The notes under the pieces were generated by a model, which made no database searches, was not told where the DNA came from, and saw nothing but the letters and a program-made list of their open reading frames with translations. From positions 4,174 through 68,173 of the forward strand of contig JBHJGN010000063.1 in the NCBI GenBank assembly GCA_050331735.1: a DNA stretch of 64,000 bases, read 5' to 3'. Below are positions 56,419 through 64,000 of this stretch, one piece after another; position 1 is the first letter of the stretch, and the number at the start of each line of letters is the position of its first letter. A program made the translations under genes and the position numbers. The DNA is from Cyanophyceae cyanobacterium. GTDB lineage: Bacteria > Cyanobacteriota > Cyanobacteriia > Cyanobacteriales > JBHJGN01.

Positions 56419-59382
56419 TTAAAGTCTGGATTCTTGTTGCTGATAGAGATAGTAGTAATGCCCGGCTTTAGCCATGAGCTGTTCGTGGGATCCTTGTTCA
56501 ACCACCGCTCCTGCCTCCATCATGACAATGACATCCGCTTGCTTCACGGTTCCCAAACGATGGGTGATAAAGAAAACGGTCCGGTTGGCAAACGCTTCTT
56601 GGAGATTCAAACAGACTTCTTGCTCTGTCGCATAGTCAAGAGCGCTGGTGGCTTCGTCTAGCACCAAAACATTGGGCTGCTGTAAGATAGTCCGAGCGAT
56701 GGCGATTCGCTGACGCTGACCGCCAGAAAGAGCCGAGCCTCGTTCTCCTACTCTGGTATTATACCCATTGGGTAGGTTCATGATAAACTCATGAGCTGCC
56801 GCCGTTTGAGCGGCCTGGATCACGTCTTCTGTAGACGCATCGGGATTAGTCAAAGCAATGTTTTCCTGAACGGTGCCGTCAAACAGCAGTGGCTCTTGAG
56901 GAACCACGCCAATTTGGCGGCGCAGAGAATAAAGCTCGACTTTATTAATGTCGTACCCATCAACGAGAATTCGTCCGCCCTCTGGCTCGTATAGCCGCGA
57001 AATTAGCTTGGTCAGGGTACTTTTGCCGGCTCCACTGCGGCCCACCACTCCGACAAAGGTGCCCGGGGGAAAGTCGAGAGACACATTATTGAGCTGGAGA
57101 GGACCGCTGTTTTTAAACCGGAACGAAACATTTTCGTACTTGACGGCTCCGATGATTTGAGGCATGGGAATGTTGTAGCGGTCTTCTTCTGCCTCCTGAG
57201 GCGTATCGACAATATCGCCCAGCCGCTCTAGGGACAGAGCCGTTTCCTGGAAGTTCTGCCACAGTTGCGCTAGCCGCAGCATTGGAGAGGTAACATAGCT
57301 GGCAATAATGCGGAAGGCAATAAGCTGTCCGAGGGATAGTTCCCCCTGGAGCACCAGCGAGGCTCCTACCCACAGCACCAGCAGACCGCTAAATTTATTG
57401 AGAAAATTACTCGCCGAACTCGCAATGGTGGAAGTGACGACCGTGTTAAACCCGGCACTGACGTAGCGAGCGTAGCGCTCTTGCCACTGCCAGCGCGAGC
57501 GCAGCTCGATATTTTGGGCTTTGACGGTGCCGATGCCGGACATGACTTCGACTAGGTAGGATTGAGTCTGAGCATTGCGTTCGGCTTTAGTTCGGAGCTG
57601 ACGACGAATGGTGGGCGAGAAAAACAGGGTCAGGCCGATAAAGATGGGGATAATCCCTAGGGCTACTAGCGTCAGCAGCGGACTGTAGATCACCATGACG
57701 ACAATGTAGACCACCGAGAACACCGTGTCTAACACCACCGTCAGGGCGGTTCCGGTCAAGAATTGGCGAATATTTTCGAGTTCGCCAACGCGGGTGGCAA
57801 TTTCGCCCACGGGACGCCGCTCGAAGTACCGTAGCGGCAGCCGCAGCAGGTGATCGATAATTTCTGACCCCAGGTTCATATCGATCCGGTTAGTGGTATC
57901 GACAAACAGGTAGGTCCGCAGAGTACTCAAGAAGGCCTCGAAAACGGCAATGACCAGGAGAAAAATGCCGAGAACCTGGAGAGTGTCGGGACTGTTTTGA
58001 ACAATCACTTTGTCGATGATGACTTGAATCATCAACGGATTCGCCAGTCCAAAGAGCTGTACAAAGAAGGAAGCAACGAATACTTCCAGCAAAACGCGGC
58101 GGTAGCGAACCAGGGAGGGCAAAAACCACCGCAGGCCAAAGCGCTCTTTGGGCGTTTCTTTCGTTGGTTTGAGCAACAACACCTGGCCGTCGTCGGACCA
58201 GGTTTCGACGAAATCAGCTAGCTGACGCTTGAGGAGACCAATTTCTGGAACCCCAATAACGATTTGCTGAGCGTTGACCTCGTAAATAATGGCGAGACTG
58301 TCCTGCCAGCGAACGAGGGCGGGGGTTTGTAGGCGCGGGAGAGCATTGGCGGGAACGGTGACGAGCTGAGCCGTTAGCCCCATCAGTTCGGCCACTGCAC
58401 CACAGACATTCAACGACAAGCTGCCAATGCGGCTGAGCTGGTCGGCTAACACCCGACGAATGACGTCTTTACGAAACGGCATGCCGAAATACTGGCTGAG
58501 CATCTGAAAACAGGCTACCCCGGCGTCTAAAGGACTTTTGCCGCGAATGAACGGGTAGTGAGATGATTCTCTTCCCTGGGGCGGTTCTTCGCCGAGCAGT
58601 TCGGCTTCGGCGTAGGGAACCTCCTCCAGGGTTGCTGAGGCAGCGGGGCGATGGCGCTCATCTGGTCCTGTCTCCTCTGTCAAGGATAAACAGCGACGGG
58701 GAATCCCCACTAGTCGAGCGGGTTTGGCCCCCTGAACCGTAACGGGATGGGTAAACTCAAGCTGACTGCCCACCGGATAATCGGCGACTTCTGAGCCACC
58801 GCTGACCAGCCAGACACGGTCGGCACTGGCGCGCTCAGGAGCTTGAGTGTGCTGTCCGGGAGGAAGGAGGTGTACCTGAGCCGTCTCGAGAGCCTCAAAG
58901 GCCAGTTCTTTGAGGTTGCCTTCTCCTTGGGCCTGCTGCTCAAGCTGATGACCCAGCAGGTCAAAGACTTCGAGGAGCGACGGGCGCTGGCTGAGAGCCG
59001 CTTCTAGAGAGGGAGTGCGGTCGAGAAACTGTTCCCAATCTGACACACTCATGGTTAAACAAACGACTTCCGTTGAGGCGATCGCTGTTTCACACGGGAT
59101 CCCCCGCATCCAGTTCACTTTGCCCAGGATAGCCCCCGGCTCTAGCCGAGCCAGGGTAACCGGCACGTTTGTGCGCGGGTCGTATCCGAGCCATCTTGCC
59201 TGTCCCTGGTAGAGAATGGCGACTCGCTTAGGCATTTTGGAGCGAACCATAATGGTTTGCCCCATGCGATAGCGCAACGGCTGAAGGCGGCGGGCGAACT
59301 CTGCAAGAGCCTGAGGAGAGAGGTCTCCAAATGGCTCTATTTGAGCGAGAAAGTCAGAAATTGTGGTTGTCGTTTGACTCAT
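56419..59382 (-). CDS. ABC exporter with an N-terminal cNMP-binding-like domain and a degenerate C39-like domain
   Basis: CAP_ED-like residues ~15-125, a C39-like region around DAGVACFQMLSQYFG, six TM helices, Walker A GRSGAGKST, LSGGQRQR, and Walker B VLVLDEATS. Confidence 0.85.
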   Translation of the reverse strand: MSQTTTTISDFLAQIEPFGDLSPQALAEFARRLQPLRYRMGQTIMVRSKMPKRVAILYQGQARWLGYDPRTNVPVTLARLEPGAILGKVNWMRGIPCETAIASTEVVCLTMSVSDWEQFLDRTPSLEAALSQRPSLLEVFDLLGHQLEQQAQGEGNLKELAFEALETAQVHLLPPGQHTQAPERASADRVWLVSGGSEVADYPVGSQLEFTHPVTVQGAKPARLVGIPRRCLSLTEETGPDERHRPAASATLEEVPYAEAELLGEEPPQGRESSHYPFIRGKSPLDAGVACFQMLSQYFGMPFRKDVIRRVLADQLSRIGSLSLNVCGAVAELMGLTAQLVTVPANALPRLQTPALVRWQDSLAIIYEVNAQQIVIGVPEIGLLKRQLADFVETWSDDGQVLLLKPTKETPKERFGLRWFLPSLVRYRRVLLEVFVASFFVQLFGLANPLMIQVIIDKVIVQNSPDTLQVLGIFLLVIAVFEAFLSTLRTYLFVDTTNRIDMNLGSEIIDHLLRLPLRYFERRPVGEIATRVGELENIRQFLTGTALTVVLDTVFSVVYIVVMVIYSPLLTLVALGIIPIFIGLTLFFSPTIRRQLRTKAERNAQTQSYLVEVMSGIGTVKAQNIELRSRWQWQERYARYVSAGFNTVVTSTIASSASNFLNKFSGLLVLWVGASLVLQGELSLGQLIAFRIIASYVTSPMLRLAQLWQNFQETALSLERLGDIVDTPQEAEEDRYNIPMPQIIGAVKYENVSFRFKNSGPLQLNNVSLDFPPGTFVGVVGRSGAGKSTLTKLISRLYEPEGGRILVDGYDINKVELYSLRRQIGVVPQEPLLFDGTVQENIALTNPDASTEDVIQAAQTAAAHEFIMNLPNGYNTRVGERGSALSGGQRQRIAIARTILQQPNVLVLDEATSALDYATEQEVCLNLQEAFANRTVFFITHRLGTVKQADVIVMMEAGAVVEQGSHEQLMAKAGHYYYLYQQQESRL

Positions 59383-60134
59383 GGCGTTAGCACATCTGAG
59401 GGTGACTCGTCGGCGGTAAGAGACACTTTTTGCTGAAGCTGTTCGCGCAGCCAGCCAGCAAACTGTTCTTCAAGCAGTTTCTGTCGGGTCGGCTCATTGA
59501 GCTGAGCGCTAATCAGTTTTTCGAGGCGTAGAATAATCCACCATTCCCCGATTCGTACCGGAGGCAGCAGTTGACCGGGCTCGCTGGTCGCGAGCATTTG
59601 GGCAATTTGCGGATGAGGAGTGCCTAATTCCACTGGACCCACTAGCCCTCCGGTTTGGGCTTCTGGCCCGAGGGAATACTGTTTGGCTAGCTCGGTAAAA
59701 GTTTTTTCCTGCTCCTGAATCTGGAAGTACAGCTCTTGGGCCACTCCAAGTTCAGAAAGTCGAATCAGCGAGTAAATTACCTTATCGAGCTGTCGCTTTC
59801 GGGACAAAAAGCACGCTTCTAGCTGCGGACCCCAAGTCGCTTCTTTAAACTTTTGCAGTTTTCCCTGACGCTCGATATGTTGCTGAAATTGCTCGGCGTT
59901 AAAGCCCTGCTGCTGTAGCCAAGCCTGGAGATGTTCTTGAGTTCTAATTTGCTGTTGTCCGAGCCATTGCTGTTGCGCTTTTTCTTGCTCCTCTGCGCTC
60001 CATTGAATATCGGCGATCGCCCGATCAACAATTACTTCTCGGGCTAACTGGGGCAGCATCCGATACTTAATCAACAGAGGCAGCAATTCCTCGTCCGCAA
60101 TTTTTTGTTCGTCTATTTTGAGAACGACACTCAT
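59379..60134 (-). CDS. Parvulin/PpiC-type peptidyl-prolyl isomerase-like protein
   Basis: SurA-N-like helical region plus a rotamase-like C-terminus (FTELAKQYS.G.EA..GG..G.V....P....). Its stop overlaps the ABC start as ATGA. Confidence 0.65.
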   Translation of the reverse strand: MSVVLKIDEQKIADEELLPLLIKYRMLPQLAREVIVDRAIADIQWSAEEQEKAQQQWLGQQQIRTQEHLQAWLQQQGFNAEQFQQHIERQGKLQKFKEATWGPQLEACFLSRKRQLDKVIYSLIRLSELGVAQELYFQIQEQEKTFTELAKQYSLGPEAQTGGLVGPVELGTPHPQIAQMLATSEPGQLLPPVRIGEWWIILRLEKLISAQLNEPTRQKLLEEQFAGWLREQLQQKVSLTADESPSDVLTP

Positions 60135-60960
60135 CTTTGGTGCTTAGGGTAGGGATAATTCAGTTGAGAGGCAAATCACCTTCTCTAACAAGCACTGCAC
60201 CGCTACGGCAATGCTAAAACGGTCGTGGCAAGCAGAATCTTCTGAGATATCTGGACTAACATTTAATTATCAACAAAAAACAGGCAAACTATTTAATTTT
60301 GCCAGTATGTTGGCAGGAAATAGCTTGTTGAGATTTGAAGACCCTTGAGACCGCAGTACTGATGATGCCCCAAAACTTTTAAAAATTAACACCGTGTTAG
60401 TTTAGCATGGGCATGATTAACTCTTGCATGAGAACATTGCTGTCATGTTTGATTAAATTGGCGAAAAATAGGACAAAAATACAGACAAATAAGTGACTGT
60501 AAGCGGAAGGCTTGCAGGAAAGGGGAAGAATCGCCGGTCTGCTGTCCCTTTTATCCTCGATAATTTTTAGTCAAAACGGCTTGCAAAGTGCAAATTAAGT
60601 AGCAATCGGTAAAAATAATAGGCAAGCCGGATTAGAATTAGCTGAGATAAATTTAGCCGATGATGAGGATATAACGACGGTCAAGCAAGGCTGAGTCTAC
60701 ACAAATCAACTCTAATAACGAGTGACCGTTGACAACCAAACCTCTACCGCCCTCCTTGAGGCTAGAGGAATTGAGGTGGGGATTCTGCTTCATCGAGGGG
60801 CCGTAGAGAACAGAGTTAAGGTTGGAAAAAAACGCTAGCTTTCTCTGGCGCTGTTGTTGCCCTCACTTTAAAAACGTGCTGAAGCACTCTCAAGCCTTTT
60901 CAGCCGGAACACATCTTTAGTGCTGGGCTAGAAAGAAAAGCGAGGGCTGAGCCGAGCTAG

Positions 60961-61566
60961 CTAAAGATAGCCGCGCCAAACACCGACTAAAACGCCCTGA
61001 AGTTCTACTTCGTTAGCGCTCACTTCAATCGGAGAATATTTAGAGTTGGCAGGCTTGAGAATCACGGTGTCTCCGCTGTGGTAGAAGCGCTTGAGAGTTG
61101 TTCCGTACCCAACCACTCTCGCCGCGACGATTTCTCCTTCTTTGAGCTGTTCATCGGGAGAAACCGTACGCATTACAGCCATATCTCCTTCGGTAATCAA
61201 GTCTTCAATCATGCTGTCTCCTACGACGCGGAGGGCAAAATAGTCTGAACAATCAACAATGTTGGCCAGATCCAGTTTTTCCTGAACATCGGTGAACGGT
61301 TCAACGAGACCACCAGCGGCGATCGCCCCCAAAATTGGCAGTCCCCGAGATTCCGACTCCAGAATCCGAATCGTGCGGGCTTTTCCTTCTGACCAGTCGA
61401 TATAGCCTTTAGAGCGCAGGCGCTCTAGGCGGCTTTGAATAGGAGCCGGAGACTTTAAGTTCATTGCTCGCATCATTTGCCGAATGGAAGGAGCATGCTT
61501 TGTGGTGTTGATATAGTCCACCAGCCACTCGTAGAGTTCTCTTTGAGCTGCTGTTAGGCTTTCCAT
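60961..61566 (-). CDS. lexA: LexA repressor
   Basis: N-terminal winged HTH, an AAG cleavage-site region, and S24 peptidase motifs GDSM and KR. Confidence 0.9.
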   Translation of the reverse strand: MESLTAAQRELYEWLVDYINTTKHAPSIRQMMRAMNLKSPAPIQSRLERLRSKGYIDWSEGKARTIRILESESRGLPILGAIAAGGLVEPFTDVQEKLDLANIVDCSDYFALRVVGDSMIEDLITEGDMAVMRTVSPDEQLKEGEIVAARVVGYGTTLKRFYHSGDTVILKPANSKYSPIEVSANEVELQGVLVGVWRGYL

Positions 61567-61640
61567 ATTTTTTCTAAGAATTGTTACTAATTGTCTTTGG
61601 CTGAGGGTTTGACCCTCACTCCTTGAATTACAACAATTTT

Positions 61641-61654
61641 AGAACATTAGTACT
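61641..61654 (-). promoter_or_regulatory. Cyanobacterial-type LexA box upstream of lexA
   Basis: The lexA strand reads TAGTACTAATGTTCTA, which fits RGTAC-NNN-DGTWCB. It lies about 75-90 nt upstream of the lexA ATG. Confidence 0.7.
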
Positions 61655-61720
61655 ATCAATGGTCAATTAGTGTTTATTGTCACCAATGAGCAAGATTTTC
61701 TAGTCATGCCCTGATGACTG

Positions 61721-62638
61721 TTAACTGCTAATCCCTAATAAACCGACCAAAAGTGCCTTTTGAGCATGCATCCGGTTTTCTGCCTGGTCCCAGACCCGCG
61801 ATTGTGCTCCTTCTAACACCGCCTCGGTAATTTCTTCTCCTCGATGAGCGGGTAGACAGTGTAGAACAATAGCCTGGGAGTCGGCGTGGCTCAAAAGTGC
61901 CTTGTTGACCTGATAGGGCTGAAAGAGGGGAAACCGTTCATCAGCAGAGTCTTCTTGTCCCATGCTGGCCCAAACATCTGTATAGACAACCTGCGCTCCC
62001 TTGACTGCTGCCACCGGATCGTTCGTCAACTCAATGGCTGCTCCTTGGGCAGCAAGCCGTCTGGCTTTTTCAACAATTGTGCGCTCGGGTTGGTAGGAAC
62101 CAGGGGTAGCTAAGCGGACGTTCATCCCCATCATCACGCCTCCGATGAGTAGCGAGTGAGCAACGTTATTGCCGTCGCCGAGATAGGTAAGCGTTAGTCC
62201 GGTGAGAGTGCCAAAACATTCCTGCACGGTGAGTAAATCTGCCAAAATTTGACACGGATGCTCTAAGTCGCTGAGGGCGTTAATTACTGGAATACGGGCG
62301 TAATCAGCGAAGGTGTCGAGATCCTGCTGCCGGAAGGTCCGAATGGCCAGTACGTCTAAGTAACGGTCTAACACTCTTGCTGTATCTGAAATAGGCTCTC
62401 CGCGACCGACTTGGGTCACGTTAGGGTTGAGGTCGATCACCTGACCGCCAAGCTGATACATAGCCACGCTGAAAGAGACGCGAGTCCGGGTAGAGGCTTT
62501 ATAAAACAGCAATCCGAGCACTTTATTACAGCGAAGCATCTCTCCCTGCTTCAGTCGAGTTGCCAGCTTTAGCAACTCCTTCATCTCTGCAGCACTCAAA
62601 TCAGCAATGCTTAAAAAATCCCTTCCCTGCAAATTCAT
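61721..62638 (-). CDS. argF: Ornithine carbamoyltransferase
   Basis: Contains STRTR, HPCQ, DVWASMG-type and HCLP motifs. Confidence 0.95.
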   Translation of the reverse strand: MNLQGRDFLSIADLSAAEMKELLKLATRLKQGEMLRCNKVLGLLFYKASTRTRVSFSVAMYQLGGQVIDLNPNVTQVGRGEPISDTARVLDRYLDVLAIRTFRQQDLDTFADYARIPVINALSDLEHPCQILADLLTVQECFGTLTGLTLTYLGDGNNVAHSLLIGGVMMGMNVRLATPGSYQPERTIVEKARRLAAQGAAIELTNDPVAAVKGAQVVYTDVWASMGQEDSADERFPLFQPYQVNKALLSHADSQAIVLHCLPAHRGEEITEAVLEGAQSRVWDQAENRMHAQKALLVGLLGISS

Positions 62639-62820
62639 GCTGTGCTTCCGCTCTTGATTCTATATGGATTGGGTGCTAGAGACTGAAGAGCCTCGGTTTA
62701 GAAGAACTCTCATTATAGGCTGTAATCTCCTACACCTCATCACAATAGAGGAAACAATATTAGAGAAATAACAAGAGTTGATCGGGGAATCATGGTTAAA
62801 CGGAATCAAGCCGGAAAAGA

Positions 62821-62854
62821 AACGTTCACCTGAAACAAGTTTCAGGTGAACGTT
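62821..62854 (-). terminator. Perfect 16-bp inverted repeat followed by a T-rich run on the minus strand
   Basis: aacgttcacctgaaac-aa-gtttcaggtgaacgtt is followed on the minus strand by TCTTTTCC. It lies 19 nt downstream of the Uma2 remnant stop. Confidence 0.65.
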
Positions 62855-62872
62855 TAGTAATTAATTCCTGGT

Positions 62873-63447
62873 CTAACTCAAAATTCCAGCTAAATCTAGC
62901 ATAAATCCGGACAGTGTCTCTTCTCCTGATAAACTTGTTGGAGATTGTAAGACTTCTACCGCCTGTCCTGGACAATAAATTTCTACTCGTTGGTTTGAAG
63001 GATCGAGAAGCCAGCCTAAGTAACACCGCAGTCAATGTATTCCTGCATCTTTTGCTGTAGCGTTTCGAGCCTGTCGGTAGCGGAGCGGAGTTCAACAGCG
63101 AAATCGGGAGCCATTGGTAAAAATCTAGCTGGGTCTGGGGTGAAAGCCTTTAGTCGTTCTTGGCCAACCCAGGCGGCATCAGGAGAACGAGTCGCACCAT
63201 TGGGCAGATTAAATCCCGTTGAGGAGTCAAAAGCGAATCCAGTTCCATCAGCCTCAGCCCAGTTTTCTAGGCGTTGCGTCAGTTTACTATTGCGGTTGCC
63301 GCTTTTCCATCCCGTCGGCGGCATAATGATGAGTTCTCCCTTTGCGGTCTGTTCGAGACGCAGATCTCGGTTGTGTTGGCAAAGTTGCCAAAACTGTTGA
63401 TTGGTTAGCGTAATAGCGGGACGGAGGTTGAGGATTAGGGCAGTCAT
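62873..63447 (-). pseudogene. Uma2-family endonuclease gene interrupted by a 1-nt frameshift
   Basis: The N-terminal 143 aa end ...QEYIDCGVT then TAG at 63016. The conserved continuation LGWLLDPSNQRVEIYCPGQAVEVLQSPTSLSGEETLSGFMLDLAGILS reads in another frame down to the stop at 62873. Confidence 0.75.
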
Positions 63448-63536
63448 GAGTTCCTCTAGGCACGCTTTTACTTCAATCTAGCAGCTTAGGGCGATCGCTT
63501 GACGGTAGAAGTGCAGTCATAATTCCATCAGCCTGT

Positions 63537-63932
63537 TTACGATTGCAGCTTTGCTCTAATTTCTTCAACGCGCTTGCGGTTAACGCCTAAGTCCGACTGT
63601 CCTAGCCGGGAAGCAGAGCGCACGTGGAGCACGTTAGCATCTCGGTCCAGATAAAACTCAACATCATCAACAAAGCCCATCAGCTTACTCTTAAATTCAG
63701 CATAGAGATAGTTTTCGGTTTCCTCCACAATCGTGGTTCTCTCCATCCCTTCAATCGTTTGTCTCAACTGAGGAATAGCGACGGGGGGCAGTGGCTCAAT
63801 CTTAGATTTTGGATTGCTGCTTTGGGAATTAACACAGTTGGGAGTTCCTGGACAAAGAGACAAATTTCCTGCCTTGACTCCTAAATTGCTCGGTCTTTTT
63901 CCTGAAAAGTTAAACATGCTTAGCTTAAACAA
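63537..63932 (-). CDS. DUF1499 domain protein
   Basis: Contains CP..PNCV.S and F.DD.EF......V..RSASR.G.SD.GVNR.R.E..R. Confidence 0.7.
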   Translation of the reverse strand: MFKLSMFNFSGKRPSNLGVKAGNLSLCPGTPNCVNSQSSNPKSKIEPLPPVAIPQLRQTIEGMERTTIVEETENYLYAEFKSKLMGFVDDVEFYLDRDANVLHVRSASRLGQSDLGVNRKRVEEIRAKLQS

Positions 63933-64000
63933 TCTGCAATTCGTGACCAGTGCTTATTGTGACATACTTCCTAAGACGAAGCTATGAATGCGCTTTACCG

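Noticed and set aside
60653-60793. A 46-aa ORF as the double-glycine substrate of the neighbouring exporter
   Set aside because: A GG is present at residues 15-16, but the leader lacks the conserved hydrophobic/acidic spacing (LSxxELxxIxGG). There is no SD, and the predicted core is not bacteriocin-like. It is mentioned only as something to test.

Overview
This 64 kb window is a gene-dense (about 90% coding) stretch of a cyanobacterial chromosome. The HIP1 octamer GCGATCGC is scattered throughout (e.g. 583-590, 1607-1614, 2674-2681), and the gene content is typical cyanobacterial core: rpaB divergent from radA, petM, clpR/clpP3, devBCA, an FdC2-like ferredoxin, prfB with its +1 frameshift, and NtcA- and LexA-type boxes. 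I support about 63 protein genes, one tRNA-Ser(GGA), two frameshifted remnants (a Uma2 endonuclease and a DUF5615 PIN-like gene) and no rRNA, CRISPR array, transposase or obvious prophage. Three features fall below the ORF-track cutoff or are split by it: petM, a DUF3285-like gene and the prfB frameshift junction. Several track ORFs have better internal starts (devA, aroH, the ferredoxin, sppA, the EamA gene, the HlyD gene, the GTPase-like gene). The candidates most worth a second look are: (1) a translationally coupled PPIase / cNMP-domain + degenerate-C39 ABC exporter / HlyD operon behind an 826-bp ORF-poor leader with no visible substrate gene; (2) a membrane protein with two tandem MshEN-like (c-di-GMP receptor type) motif pairs; (3) a three-gene clpR / second dead clpR-like paralogue / clpP3 cluster; (4) a tail-anchored Ras-like GTPase; (5) a Roadblock-like / TM / BON-BON-OmpA envelope protein; (6) a family of GGGGAAW-heptamer plus triloop mini-hairpin intergenic elements that abut or overlap start and stop codons. 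All family assignments come from motif recognition by eye and none has been checked by a search.
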